Source: Octopus bimaculoides
Lineage: Eukaryota
DNA: 64,000 nucleotides
Direction: 5' to 3'
Assembly: GCF_001194135.2 (NCBI RefSeq)
Contig: NC_068995.1
Span: forward strand, 32,765,630 to 32,829,629
This document shows positions 1 to 11,563 of this stretch, piece after piece; the stretch's first letter is position 1, and each line of letters opens with the position of its first letter. The notes beneath the pieces are model-generated. The model saw nothing but the letters and a program-made list of their open reading frames with translations. It was not told the origin of the DNA and searched no databases. The position numbers were made by a program, and so were the translations under genes.

Positions 1-169
1 CATACGGTCTTTATGGACATAGATATTTACACACTTATTTGTGCATGTGTGTAAATGTGTGTTCATCTGCCTGAAATCCTACTTTCTCTCTATTTCTATT
101 TTCAGTTTTAACCAACTCCTTTTCCTATCATGCTCTTTCTATACACATCAGAATGGTTAATATTTGACT

Positions 170-484
170 ATTCACCACAGGGTCCATATAAGATTTTTGG
201 GAGTCCATGCAAGCAAAATAGTAAATTGGGGACCCATAGTAATATATTAAGGGCCCAGGAAAAAGGTTTGCTTTAGGTGTAGTTATTGTAAGAAACAGCA
301 AGATTTCTTACTCTAACATTTTACATAGTTCAATCTACCCAAGTGAATGTGTGAAAAACAAAATAGGAATTCTGAAAGACGTATCTATAAAACTAATTTT
401 TAAACATTGAATGGTTATGGGAGTTTACCAGAATAAAATAGTAATCAAAGGGATCCATGGATTAAAAACAGTTCAGAACCACTG
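170..484. mobile_element. Degenerate hAT-like MITE remnant
   Basis: Ends in aaaaacagttcagaaccactg, resembling the reverse complement of CAGTGGTTCTCAACC-type hAT MITE termini; the other end is not clearly recognisable. Confidence 0.35.
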
Positions 485-599
485 ATTTAAATGCTCCTTG
501 CATTGATCATGTTAATATTAATGTAGCTACTGTTTATGTTTGGGTTATCCGTTCTCCATACAGTTCCAAAATTGAAACCAAATACTGCTACACTGTTAG

Positions 600-1060
600 G
601 GACAGATCCTACATTATCTCCAGGAACTATTATTTCCTGTCAAGCTTTGTCAATAAGTTTGAACAATGAAAGACATTCTTTCCTTCACAGTCTTAAAAAA
701 AGAAAATAACCTGCACCAATCAAAACTCTCCCAATTAGTAAGTTGTCAAACAGGAACTTTCAGTTGTCCTCTATGTCACGTAATTCTTTCTCCTTGTCAA
801 ATGCTTCAGTTAGGTCTTCTCTAAATCTCTGCTGTTTGATGAATCTCTAGGCACCCACATCTTTGTTTCCCAAACCAGTCTGTTTCTAGCTTTAAGTCTA
901 AAGTTACTAAGCATTAACCTATGTTGGATTGTACATTCTTCACCAGGAAGAGACTTTGCATTTACAAGCATCTGTCTGTCCCACTTTCTGGTAAAAATAT
1001 AGAATGTAGCCAATCTAGCTTGCATAGAGCATATGTCTACATATCTCTGCTCATTGGTTC
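600..1060 (-). mobile_element. RTE LINE fragment (end of APE endonuclease and linker)
   Basis: ORF 810..1025 gives YIFTRKWDRQMLVNAKSLPGEECTIQHRLMLSNF, matching the RTE endonuclease C-terminal motif DYIL..K....NAK..PGEEC..QH.LL. Confidence 0.75.
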
Positions 1061-1612
1061 AACCTTTTATTGTGCAGACATTGACTGTGACAGACATAAT
1101 GTTGTGTGTTTGGAAAGAAGAGTGGGAAGACAGTGGGGGGCTATCATCTGTGTCCGAATGGAAGAAGGAGATTTGTATGAACACCTGCCAGCTGGTGGAG
1201 GGTTCTTGGGCTCTTGTACATAACTAGTTTATGCAGTGAATTACAATTTCCTCAGTTTCCACAAACCTTCAGGACTTGCAAGGGGAAGGGAGAAAAAGGA
1301 AATGAGGCTGAAGTGGGGGTGGCTCAGGTTACAGACTAACCAGAAGAGAACATACGTATCTGGAGCAGTGGAATAATAGAAAGATTATAAGAGAAAGTAG
1401 TGTTTGTAGGTGGAAGATGCACAGGAGCTATAAAAACTATGGATACTTAAAAAATTGATTTTATGAAATGCCCCAGAGGCTCCTAAGAAGTAATGGATAA
1501 TTTCTACTACCTAAGGAACCTAATTAGCAGCATGGGAGGATGTATGGAAATGTAATTGCTAGAATAACAGTAGGAGGAGAAAATTCAGAGAGCTTTTACT
1601 TCTGTTGGCAAT

Positions 1613-1619
<7 letters not shown>

Positions 1620-1661
<42 letters not shown>
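1620..1661. repeat. (CT)n microsatellite
   Basis: Perfect dinucleotide run. Confidence 0.95.
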
Positions 1662-1665
<4 letters not shown>

Positions 1666-2958
1666 GAAAGGAAGGGTGTATGATGCAAGTGTACAAACAG
1701 CAATGCTACATGGTAGTGAGATGTGGGCTCTGAATGCAAAGACTAGAGAAGAATGGAGCTAATGTGCTCCACTGGATGTGCAATGTCAGTATACATGTGT
1801 GACAGAACACCAATATATTGACACAAAAGTTAGACATAAGAGAAATTAGATGCAGCGTGCAGAAGACTGTACTGGTTTGGTCATGTGATGTAGATGGATG
1901 TGAATAGTTGTGCAAAAAGTGGATGAACTCACTGAAGAGGAAGACCTAGGAAGACATGGGGACAAAGTACTGAAGACTGAACTCAAGACACTGAGCTGAA
2001 GGACTGAGATATCTGGTGCCATCCACCACAGAAAAATTGATATCCTAAACTACCTTGGTTAATGCTTGTCTGTGAGGGGCTCTGCTCAATGCCCACTTGC
2101 ATCCTCTCTGTCCTGTTAACCATTTCTCCCCACCTTTCATCCCCTAACACCCATCATTTCTGTATCACCTGGGACCAGAATAGCACATACTACATCCCCT
2201 TGCTTTCTCAGTTACCTTCTTCACCACCCCAAAACACCATAATTTCCCATTACCTTCCACTACCTACTGTCCCCACAAATCACCTCCATTCTGTGCCTTA
2301 TCTCACCTGTGTTGTTCTCCCTCATTAACATCTTGCTTACCTGCTATCATCCTCAATGCCTCACCTACCTACTGCAACTCCCACCCTTGAACCTCTCCTA
2401 TACCATCATTTGTCTCAATCACCTCTATCCTGCCCACCCACCCAGTCCAAACCACTGTATCACCCCACTTATTCTCACCATCCCCAATGTCCCTTGTGGG
2501 CAAGTCCCAACATACCTTCACCACCACCTCTCTCACTATTGCTCTCTTCGTCTTACTCACTGATTCACCCACTCTCCTTTATCTTACTCTCTAACTCACC
2601 CACTTTTCTTTTTCAAACGGAATATTCATGTATCTACTCTACAGTAGAATACCTATACCTGTTCCTCTATACCTCTAATGTCTCATCAATTGGCACAAAG
2701 CCACACCCCCTCCACTCACTACTACTCCCTCCTCTTGCAAGTTAGTGCTGGTGCCACATAAAAAGCACTTCTACTGGTGCCACATAAAAAGCAGCTAGTA
2801 CACTCTGTAAAGTGGTTGGCATTAGGAAGGGCATCCAGCCATAGAAACCATGCCAGAACAGACAATGGCACTGGTGCAGCCCCCAACCTTACTAGCCCCT
2901 GTCAAACCCTCCAAGCGATGCCAGCATGGAGACCAGGCGTTAAATGATGATGATGATG
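1662..2958 (+). mobile_element. 5'-truncated RTE LINE: RT C-terminus, C-rich 3' UTR and (GAT)n tail
   Basis: Degenerate YDA.V.TAMLHGSE.WAL...ER....L.WMCNVS at 1680-1790; then a C-rich UTR similar to 10425-11000 and to 25680-25840 (reverse); ends gccagcatgg...cgttaaatgatgatgatg. Confidence 0.75.
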
Positions 2959-2967
2959 CTGGTTGTC

Positions 2968-3062
2968 GTCATCATCATCATTTAACGTCCATTTTTTATG
3001 CTGGCATGGGTTGGACAGTTTGACCACAGCTGATAAGGCCAGGGGCCACACAAGGCTCCATG
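2968..3062 (-). mobile_element. RTE 3'-tail fragment, tail-to-tail with the previous element
   Basis: catcatcatcatttaacgtcc...atgctggcatgggttggacagtttgac is the reverse complement of the RTE 3' terminus. Confidence 0.8.
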
Positions 3063-3063
3063 T

Positions 3064-3307
3064 CTTTTACTTGTTTTAGTCATTAGACTGTGGCCATGCT
3101 GGGGCGCTGCCTTGAAGAATTTTAGTCGAATGAATTGACCCCAGTACTTTTTGCCTGGTACTTATTCTATCTCTCTGTTGCCAAACCACTCAATTATGGA
3201 AACATAAACAAAACAATACTGGTTGTCAAGCAGAAGTGGGGGACAAACACAGATACAAAGACACACATGTGCAATGCAGTAGGATTGAACCCAGAACCAT
3301 GTGGTTG
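3064..3307 (-). mobile_element. tRNA-derived SINE (Nin/Deu-core family), internally deleted
   Basis: 3' end cttttacttgttttagtcattagactgtggccatgctgg and head fragment gaacccagaaccatgtggttg match the full copies at 8397 and 21805. Confidence 0.8.
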
Positions 3308-3339
3308 AAAAAATATATAAATATATATAAATTATTATT

Positions 3340-3681
3340 TATATAGATAGGGTGATAAATTGAATATTAATTCAATTTAAAACCAAGTGACCTAGCATAT
3401 AAAGAAACCTGAAAATTCAGAAAAAATTGTATTACACGTGTATAAGGGATGACCACTAGGTGGACATCCAATATGCTAGAAAGAGGTCATCAACGACCCA
3501 ACCACAAAGAAAAAATAATGTTCTCCAGAAAAATTTCGCAAAACACCAGAACAAAATGAGAAATATACAGAATAAAGAATTCTTTATTCTGTATTATTTT
3601 TCTTTGTGGTTGGGTCGTTGATGACCTCTTTCTAGCATATTGGATGTCTACCTAGTGGTCATCCCTTATACACGTGTAATA
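3340..3681. repeat. Fold-back repeat with near-perfect ~89-bp inverted arms, possibly a Penelope-like terminal repeat
   Basis: 3430-3519 is the reverse complement of 3593-3681 (one mismatch and one A indel by eye); the spacer holds a perfect 30-bp palindrome atacagaataaagaattctttattctgtat. The PLE assignment is inference. Confidence 0.7.
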
Positions 3682-3989
3682 TAAATATATATATATCATC
3701 ATCATTTAACATGTCTTCCATCTGTATGTATATACATATACAGATGCATACGTATATACACCACCTATACAAGACACATACGTATATATGCTTCATATGC
3801 ACACATAAAAGCAGAAATAGTTGGGGTAATGAGTTGCCAGGAGAATATAAATTCATGTATATCTCAGTAGAATAAAAGCAGTGGAGGTAGAGGTGGGAGT
3901 TTGGGAGAAAGAGATAAGAAAAATGAAGGTTGTCTTGCTGTTTAAGAGGGGTCTTTCTATTTAAATGCACTTGTTACTTGATGTATGTA

Positions 3990-3991
3990 TT

Positions 3992-4048
<57 letters not shown>

Positions 4049-4140
4049 GGGTGAGAGACAGAGAGAGGGTGAGAGAGAGAGAGGGTGAGAGAGAGAGAGA
4101 GAGAGGGTGAGAGAGAGAGAGAGGGTGAGAGAGACAGAGG
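3990..4140. repeat. Compound (GT)n/(GA)n/(GAGGGTGA) microsatellite
   Basis: Directly visible. Confidence 0.95.
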
Positions 4141-4141
4141 T

Positions 4142-4322
4142 GAAATGCTTAATGGTATTTCATTTGTCTTTACGTTCTGAGTTCAAATTCTGCCACGGTC
4201 GACTTTGCCTTTCATCCTTTCAGGGTCGATAAATTAAGTACCAGTTGCATACTGGGGTTGATCTAATTGACTGGCCCCCTCTCCCACAATTTCAGGCCTT
4301 GTGCCTAGAGTAGAAAAGAATA
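4142..4322 (+). mobile_element. tRNA-derived SINE with Meta-like core, 5'-truncated
   Basis: B-box-like gagttcaaattc, core gtcgactttgcctttcatcctttcagggtcgataaattaagtacc, tail caggccttgtgcctagagtagaaaag. Confidence 0.85.
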
Positions 4323-4439
4323 TTTTGTACACTGGAATCTTGTCTTAAACAAAGGTAACTTTATTTCTTTTCAATGAAGCATTTTGTTTTGTCTCAAATA
4401 CAGACTCAGACACTGAACATATCTAAGGTTTTGGTAGAA

Positions 4440-4842
4440 TGACACTATGGTAGAAGGCATCTGCCTAAGGTGTCATACCATATAGCAGGTTCAGTCCCAC
4501 TGCATGGCACCTTGGACAACTGTCATCCACCATAGCCTTGGGCCAGCCAAAACCTTATGATTGGAATTATTACTAACTTATGAGTGATAGAATCTGAAAG
4601 AAGCCTGTCATGTGTGTGTGTGTGTGTGCATGCGTGCATATGTGTGCTTTGTGTCTGTGTTTGTCCCCCACCACCGCTTGACAACTGGTGTTGGTGTGCT
4701 TATGTTCCTGTAACTTAGCAGTTTGGCAAAAGAGACTGATAGAATAAATACCTGGCTTGAAAAAATAATGAGCGCTGGGGTTAATTCATGCCTCAGCATG
4801 GCCATGGTGTAATGAAAGAAACAAATAAAAGAGAAAAGCAAA
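4440..4842 (+). mobile_element. Nin/Deu-core SINE, diverged
   Basis: ggttcagtcccactgcatggcaccttgg head, internal (TG)n, ccccaccaccgcttgacaactggtg...cagcatggcc...gaaacaaataaaagag tail. Confidence 0.8.
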
Positions 4843-4879
4843 GATAATCATAGAAAAACCCTGTTTTAACTGCAAACCA

Positions 4880-5030
4880 CTATGTAGAGGCTTTCTTCAT
4901 TGGTAACAGTTGTGGTAATAGTAACAGTTGGTAGTAGTGCTGGAGGTGTTGTTGTTATTGTTGTTGCTGTTGGTGGTTGTGGTGGTGGCGGTGATGTTAA
5001 TGGCATTAGCAGTAAGGATGGTGTGGTAAC
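4880..5030. repeat. (GGT/GTT/AGT)n low-complexity tract
   Basis: Directly visible; it accounts for ORFs 4866..5051 and 4900..5169. Confidence 0.85.
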
Positions 5031-5245
5031 AATGGTTTCGAATTTTGGCACAAGGCCAGTAATTTCAGGGAAGGGGCAAAGTCAATTATATCAACCCCAG
5101 TGCTCAACTGGTATTTATTTTATCAACCCCAAGAGGGTGAAAGGCAAACTTGACCTCAGCAGAGTTTAAACTCAGAACATAGGGACTGACAAAATGCCAC
5201 TAAGCATTTTGCCTAGCATGCTGATGATTCTGTCAGGTCACTGCC
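5030..5245 (-). mobile_element. Meta-core SINE, diverged
   Basis: Reverse complement of the 4142 family: ggcacaaggcc...tatcaaccccaagagggtgaaaggcaaacttgacctc...taagcattttgcc. Confidence 0.8.
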
Positions 5246-5504
5246 TTATGGTGTGGTAATAATGATATTGATGTAGGTGGTGGTCACATGTCAGGGTTCC
5301 GAATTCACTCTGACTTCACTTGAAAAGAAACTGATCCCCCATCACAACCAAAAAGTGTTACCAGTCGAAAATTCATCAACCTAGGATATTATGCCTAAGG
5401 AAGAGATGCACACTGCCAAAATCTAGGTGGGACAGTCTTCAGGTGTTCCTTAACTCTTCACATTAAATATTTTAACTCTAACTCTATTGTCTCTTCACCA
5501 ATTC

Positions 5505-5880
5505 ATCATCATCAACATTTAATGTACATTTTCCATGCTGGCACAAGCTGGATGGCTTGGCAAGAACTGACAAGGCCAGGTGCTATACAAGGTTCCATAA
5601 TCTGTTTTGGGTATCTACAGCTGGCTGCCCTTCCTAATATCAACCACTTTACAGTGTACTGGGTGTTCTTTACATGGCACCATCACCAATGCTTTTTACA
5701 TGGCACTAGGACCCACACCAATGCTTTTTACATAGCACTAGGACCTACACCAATGCTTTTTACATGGCACTAGCACCCACACCAATGCTTTTTACATGGC
5801 ACCAGCGCCCACACCAATACTTTTTACATGGCACCATGGTTTTAGAATCTCAATTCTGTTGTGGTGGGTGGGTCTTATTT
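5505..5880 (-). mobile_element. RTE 3'-end fragment with a ~29-bp tandem array
   Basis: catcatcatc...tttccatgctggca tail; unit caatgctttttacatggcactag(g/c)acccacac repeated about 5 times at 5688-5836. Confidence 0.8.
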
Positions 5881-5924
5881 ATAATATTTCTAAAATTCAC
5901 AGATGCTAATTATATATATATTTT

Positions 5925-6090
5925 TTTACTCTAGGCACAAGGCCCGAAATTTTTTGGGAGGGGCTAGTTGATTAGATTGACACCAGTATGCAACTGGTAG
6001 TTAATTTATCGACCCCCGCCAAAAGGATGAAAGGCAAAGTCGACCTTGGCAGAATTTCAACTCAGAACGTAAAGACAAACGAAATACGAA
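5925..6090 (-). mobile_element. Meta-core SINE, truncated
   Basis: ctaggcacaaggcc...atcgaccccc...ggatgaaaggcaaagtcgaccttggcagaatttcaactcagaacg. Confidence 0.85.
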
Positions 6091-6548
6091 GAGTGATTTG
6101 ATGGTGATTTGGCTGTTATTTCTAGCAGATCCTGACTCAGAAGCAAGTTTTTTTGGGGTTTTTTTCCTTAGTTCACAATTACACACACATTTTTAGACTT
6201 GAAATAGGATAAGGTAGGATCCATAATCCAAACTTAAGATTCACCAGGCATTAATAAACAAATGTCTATTCTTTATGACTATTTTGTTTTATTTTTCGTT
6301 TTATTCAGACTATATTTTCTCTCCACCTTTTACTTTTCCTTTCATCTATCTTTTTTTATGTCTTTTTCATTCAATCATTTATTTGTTGTTTTGACCTATA
6401 TCATGTGTCTGCTTCAAATTCAAAGATTGTCGTAAAAAAATGTTTAAATAAACCAATTAAGATGGAAATACAAAAAATGTATTGTTAGGGACAAAATTGT
6501 TTGAGTGAGAGTTTAGGAATTTGCTACAGAGAGAGAGGGAGAGAGTGA

Positions 6549-6596
<48 letters not shown>

Positions 6597-6601
<5 letters not shown>

Positions 6602-6826
6602 CTTTACTACCCACAAGCGGCTACACACAGAGGGGACAAACAAAGACAGACAAACGGATTAAGTCGATTATATCGACCCCAGTGTGTAACTGGTACTTAT
6701 TTAATCGACCCCGAAAGGATGAAAGGCAAAGTCGACCTCGGCGGAATTTGAACTCAGAACGTAGCGGCAGACGAAATACCGCTAAGCATTTCGCCCGGCG
6801 TGCTAACGTTTCTGCCAGCTCGCCGC
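6597..6826 (-). mobile_element. Full-length, apparently young Meta-core SINE flanked by (GT)n
   Basis: Minus strand begins ggcggcgagctggcagaaacgttagc (A box), gagttcaaattcc (B box), core cctttcatcctttcggggtcgattaaataagtacc; CpGs intact; its 3' tail differs from the 4142 copy. Confidence 0.9.
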
Positions 6827-7639
6827 CTTTGTGTGTGTGTGTGCGTGTGCACACGTGTGTGTGTGTGTGTGTGTGTGTGCGTGCATGCAAGTGTGTGTGT
6901 GTACATGCATGCATGTGTGTATCCTCAAAAGGTGTGCAATATTTTATGAAAATTAATTTTATAATTTAAGAATTCTTCGAGGGATAGGATCTCAGGTAGT
7001 CTACTTTAAATCTAACTATGCAAACTGACAAGATAGCTTCTGGCTGTCTAAATTTAGATTTAATAATATCTAGACAAGATTTTATTGTTTAAAATGTTTG
7101 TGGCTGTTATAAATTACTGGGTAGTTTTCTCATGCTTTTATGAGGCTTGTGTATTTAAGAAATACATGAAATAACTTCACAGGTAGAGACATGAAACTTT
7201 TAGGTATTTTGATTTTTTTTTATTTCTCTTTTATTTTGCTAATTTGTATTAGCTTTTCTTTTTAAATGTCAGTTTGACCTTCAAATTCTAATAATGGAAG
7301 TATAATTGACTGTTTCACTGATGAAGAAAAAAAGCTGAAGTCAACAGGTGAACAGAAGTAAAGAAGCACAAAGAAAAGGAATGAAGATTAGAAAGAGACA
7401 AACAGAAGGCCTGCATTTTTTGCTGGGATTGTCTACTTGGCTGAAAACACATGAACTTAACTAACCACCCACAAAAAAGGATCAAAGTACATCCTATTCT
7501 CCAAATATAAAACATAGGAGAGAAGTGTGTACAATATACAGAGTCTAGGGAAAGGGAAGCAGTATGATCAGTACAGAAAAATCAAGAGAGGATTTACTGT
7601 CAAGTGTATTATTGAAATAAGAAACAAACATAGCAATTG

Positions 7640-8270
7640 CCATTAATAGAGCCAAACGAAGTGTTTTGCAGAGTAAATACAAATACTATAGGGTTTTGAG
7701 TCAAAAAAACGTCTATCGAATGATATTATCCAAGCAATTAACAAATAAAACTCCCTCTTGGGAAATCAGTCAATTGAAATTTTTGGATAGTATAGAGACA
7801 TTGCAGATTTGAGTGAAACTGGTCATAATTCAACCATTGAATTCGCTGTTTGAAGAGAATTGTGGAAAACAAACCTCATTCGAAGGCTTCTGACATTACA
7901 AAACAGCTAGAAGTTAGTCCAAAAACGTGTGTTACATATCTGCATAAGCTTGGGTATTATGGACGAGCAGCTGGAAGAAAACCTCTCCTTCAACCAATTA
8001 ATATCATGAAAAGACAGAAATGGGCTAAGGAGATGTCAGAAAAATCCAGTTCATTTTGGGATAGAGTGATTTTTCTCAGATGAATCCAGATTTGCACTAG
8101 TTTCAGACAGTGGGCATGTTTGTGTCTGGAGGCTTCCCAATCAAGAGTTTGATTTGAAACGACTCCAACCAACTGTGAAACACGGCCGTATCTCTGTAAT
8201 GGTATGGGGAACTGTCACCAGCAATGGTTGTTCTGAGCTGATCGAATTGAAAAATACATCGAAATACTTA
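7640..8270 (+). pseudogene. Tc1-family transposase relic
   Basis: ORF 7850..8083 RKPLL...RQKWAK..WDRVIF, then after a frameshift SDESRF...VWR...LQPTVKHG..SVMVWG (first catalytic Asp and TVKHG motif). Confidence 0.9.
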
Positions 8271-8396
8271 AACAAGGACTACTTCCGATGTATTCACATG
8301 AGAACATAACGAGTTTTTATTCTTTTCAATACACTAGCCTGTCCTGTCTGTGATTGTTGCTTTTCTTTGTTAGGTTTTTTTTCTCTGCTTGTATTA

Positions 8397-8772
8397 CTCT
8401 TTACTTGTTTCAGTCTTTTGACTGTGGCCATGCTGGAGCACCGCCTTTAGTCGAGCAAATCGACCCCCAGGACTTATTCTTTGGAAACCTAGTACTTATT
8501 CTATCGGTCTCTTTTGCCAAACCGCTAAGTTACGGGGACATAAACACACCAGCATCGGTTGTCAAGCGATGTTGGGGGGACAAACACAGACATACAAACA
8601 CATATATACGACAGGCTTCTTTCAGTTTCTGTCTACCAAATCCACTCACAAGGCTTTGGTCGGCCCGAGGCTATAGTAGAAGACACTTGCCCAAGATGCC
8701 ACGCAGTGGGACTGAACCCGGGACCATGTGGTTGGTAAGCAAGCTACTTACCACACAGCCACTCCTACGCCT
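8397..8772 (-). mobile_element. Full-length Nin/Deu-core SINE
   Basis: Minus strand: aggcgtaggagtggctgtgtggtaag A box, gggttcagtccc B box, core gcctcgggccgaccaaagccttgtgagtggatttggtagacagaaactgaaagaagcc, microsatellite, tail gaaacaagtaaaagag. Confidence 0.92.
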
Positions 8773-9012
8773 ATTGTATGTACATTTTTACTTAAACATT
8801 GTATCATTTTCAAACATAGTCTTGTCTCTCAGCTTTAAGCCTCTTGTAATATCTATATATTTTTTCATTTTTCAATATTAATATGTATATGTATAACTCT
8901 CTATGGCTTTTTTCTGCTAGTGTAGCTGTTGCGTTATATTCTACTAGACACACGTGGCCTTGTTTACATCATACTTCGTCTCAACCTGTTACTATTTCTT
9001 TAAACATTCTTA

Positions 9013-9310
9013 TTCTTTTACTTGTTTCAGTCATTTGACTGCGGCCATGCTGGAGCCCCACCTTTTTTAGCCAAGCAAATTGACCCATGACTTATTCTTT
9101 GTAAACCTAGTATTTATTCTATTGGTCTCAAACACACACACACAAATATATATATATATAAATGACAGGCTTCTTTCAGTTTCTGTCTACCAAATCCACT
9201 TACAAGGCTTAAGTCAGCCTGAGGCTTAAGTAGAAGACACTTACCCAAGGTGCCACACAGTGGGACTGAACCTAGAACCATGTGGTTGGGAAGCAAGCTT
9301 CTTACTACAC
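9013..9310 (-). mobile_element. Nin/Deu-core SINE with internal deletion
   Basis: Same head, core and tail as 8397, but lacks about 100 bp between the microsatellite and the tail. Confidence 0.85.
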
Positions 9311-10043
9311 ACCCAAAATATAAGAAAAATCAAACTTACTGAAGCATCAATAGCCACTATTTTCCTCACTCCTTTCTGGTAACTGATTAATTCATTTAGT
9401 TTTTCCTTTTTCTGTGATACTCATTTACCCTAATTTTAACTTTAATTTTTAATTCTTATCTTTATTTAAATTCTATTCTAATCACTTGTAACATCTTATT
9501 TCTAATTAGGTCTTTCTTATCCTACATATTTTTTAATACTTGTTCCTAAAAATTTTCACAATCTAATTTTTTAAGCTTTATTCAACCCCCACTTAAAATA
9601 TTTATATATTTTTCCGTTAGAATTAATTGCTTTTATCCAGCAGATTCCCATCATTTTCAAAAATAGCTGCCCAATCAGCTTTAAATGCTGACTCCATGAG
9701 TTGGTTATCATGAATACTTATAAATGCTTATAAACTATTCTTCAAAATACTCACAGCTGCCTGGCAACTGGTTATGTGAAATTCTGAATAACAGTTTTCA
9801 AAAATTTTTTCAGCTTCAATAAAGTACTAATTTAGTCTACCACTGGTATTCAAGTACTATTTTCTTCACCTTGTTTGCACTTATGTGCTCACGCGCACAC
9901 GCATGTGTATGTGTGTGTGTGTATTTTACTCTGATTCTTTCTTCATTTTTGACACACTGGAATATACTAATATCCTTGATTAGGGATATTTCTTCATTTT
10001 TACAATTTACTGACTTCTCCCTCGCTGATAATGAAATACTCAC

Positions 10044-10187
10044 TGAATGAAATCCATACTCAATGCCATGGTCCATATGCTTAGCTATTTTAGAAACAGC
10101 TGTAAGAGACTCTTTATGTTCATATCCTCTATCTAAATTAAATGTTTCTTTTGAGTGATGCCAAATGTTTTGCTTTTTCATTTTCAT
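10044..10187 (-). CDS. Candidate internal exon of an unidentified host gene (MKMKKQNIWHHSKETFNLDRGYEHKESLTAVSKIAKHMDHGIEYGFHS)
   Basis: Acceptor aacatatag|ATG, donor CA|gtgagt, 144 nt, open only in phase 0, within unique sequence; no family recognised. Confidence 0.35.
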
Positions 10188-10384
10188 CTATATGTTTACA
10201 TGTATGTAGATAGATATTTATATATAAATACATACACACATGCACATACACAAGCACACACACACATGTGCACATGCACAAGCACACACACATGGTGAGA
10301 GATAGAGATTTATTACTTTTACTCAAAATCATTACTTCTTAACAACTACAATTTGACTTCAATGTATTAAATTTCACCAGTGAT

Positions 10385-11460
10385 TTGCTGGGCTCAAGAA
10401 GACCCACCCTTCACAGCTGAAATGATATCCTAAACACCAACTTGGTTATGCTTGTACTTGTAGGCCCTAAGCCCCCCAACCCACCTGTCTCTATTCCATT
10501 AGATATTTCCCCTGCACCTCATTGCTTACCACCCATCACTTCTCCATCTATAGTACTACTTGGCTATTGCAATCATCTGAGAGTAGAATAGGCACATATT
10601 ACATCTGCTCCCCCTCCCAAATCCACTTTCATTTTTCATTATCATCCCTGCGCACATTACGTCCGCCAATCACCTTTTTTGTACCTTCAATCATTGCTCT
10701 CATGGACTATATTCCATTCTTAACACCTCTATCACTCTTAATGCCCCCTCATATCTACCATCAGACCCTACTTTCCATAGCACCCCACCCACCCACACTC
10801 GCTTCTGAGCCACTCCTATATCTATTACCATCACTTGCTACATGCCTCTTTACTCCTATATTTCTCCCTCTACCTCACTACATCCCTGTGATCCACTGTA
10901 TCTTGAGATGCTCCAGCATCCCTGCCACCACCACACGGGCTTCTTTCCAGCTACTTCCGCCTACCCTTAAATAATGCAAGGGGGAGGAATAGCCTTTTAT
11001 CTCTGTTACAAGACATCTGGGCTTGTTCTATCACATCCTAGCCTCTCTACACTTGTCACAAAACCATCACCCCTCCCCCTCTTAAATACTAATCCCCCCC
11101 CACACACACACACATACAATTCAGTGGAGGAGGGGTTTTTTCTTTTTTCTTTTCCTTTCAACCTTTTTTACCCTGCTTTTTTTCTTTCCTCTATTTCCTG
11201 CTTCTTTCTATTTTTGCTTTGCAAGTTACCTAACAACCTTGTTTGTGATGATGACATGAAAAAAAAACCACCCAGTACATTCTGTAAAGTGGTTGATGTT
11301 AGGAAAGGTATCCAGCAGTAAAACCATACCAAAGCTGACACTGGAGTTTGATGCAGTCCTGCAGCTTACCAGATCCTACCAAAACATCCAACCCATGCCA
11401 GCGTGGATGTTAAATAAAGATGGTGGTGGTGGTGGGCAGGATGATGATAATGATGATGAT
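10385..11460 (+). mobile_element. RTE 3' UTR and tail (C-rich) with (GAT)n end
   Basis: atatcctaaacaccaacttggttatgcttg matches 2040; tail cacccagtacattctgtaaagtggttg...catgccagcgtgg...gatgat at 11270-11460; segment 10992-11185 recurs at 11892-12060. Confidence 0.6.
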
Positions 11461-11563
11461 GATGGCACTGTTCCTCCATAATTAGTATTTTGACTTTTGT
11501 TTTAAGTCAAAAAGATTGCAATTATTTTAATGCATCTCTGATAAAGTAGTTATCACCACTTAA

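Noticed and set aside
2062-2745. Overlapping Pro/His/Leu-rich ORFs (also 10522..10974)
   Set aside because: They derive from the stop-poor, C-rich RTE 3' UTR.
5688-5836. CRISPR-like array
   Set aside because: Eukaryotic DNA; head-to-tail tandem units with no unique spacers, inside a LINE UTR.
6645-6826. tRNA genes suggested by A/B-box motifs here and at other SINE heads
   Set aside because: The boxes belong to SINE heads; no complete cloverleaf was seen.
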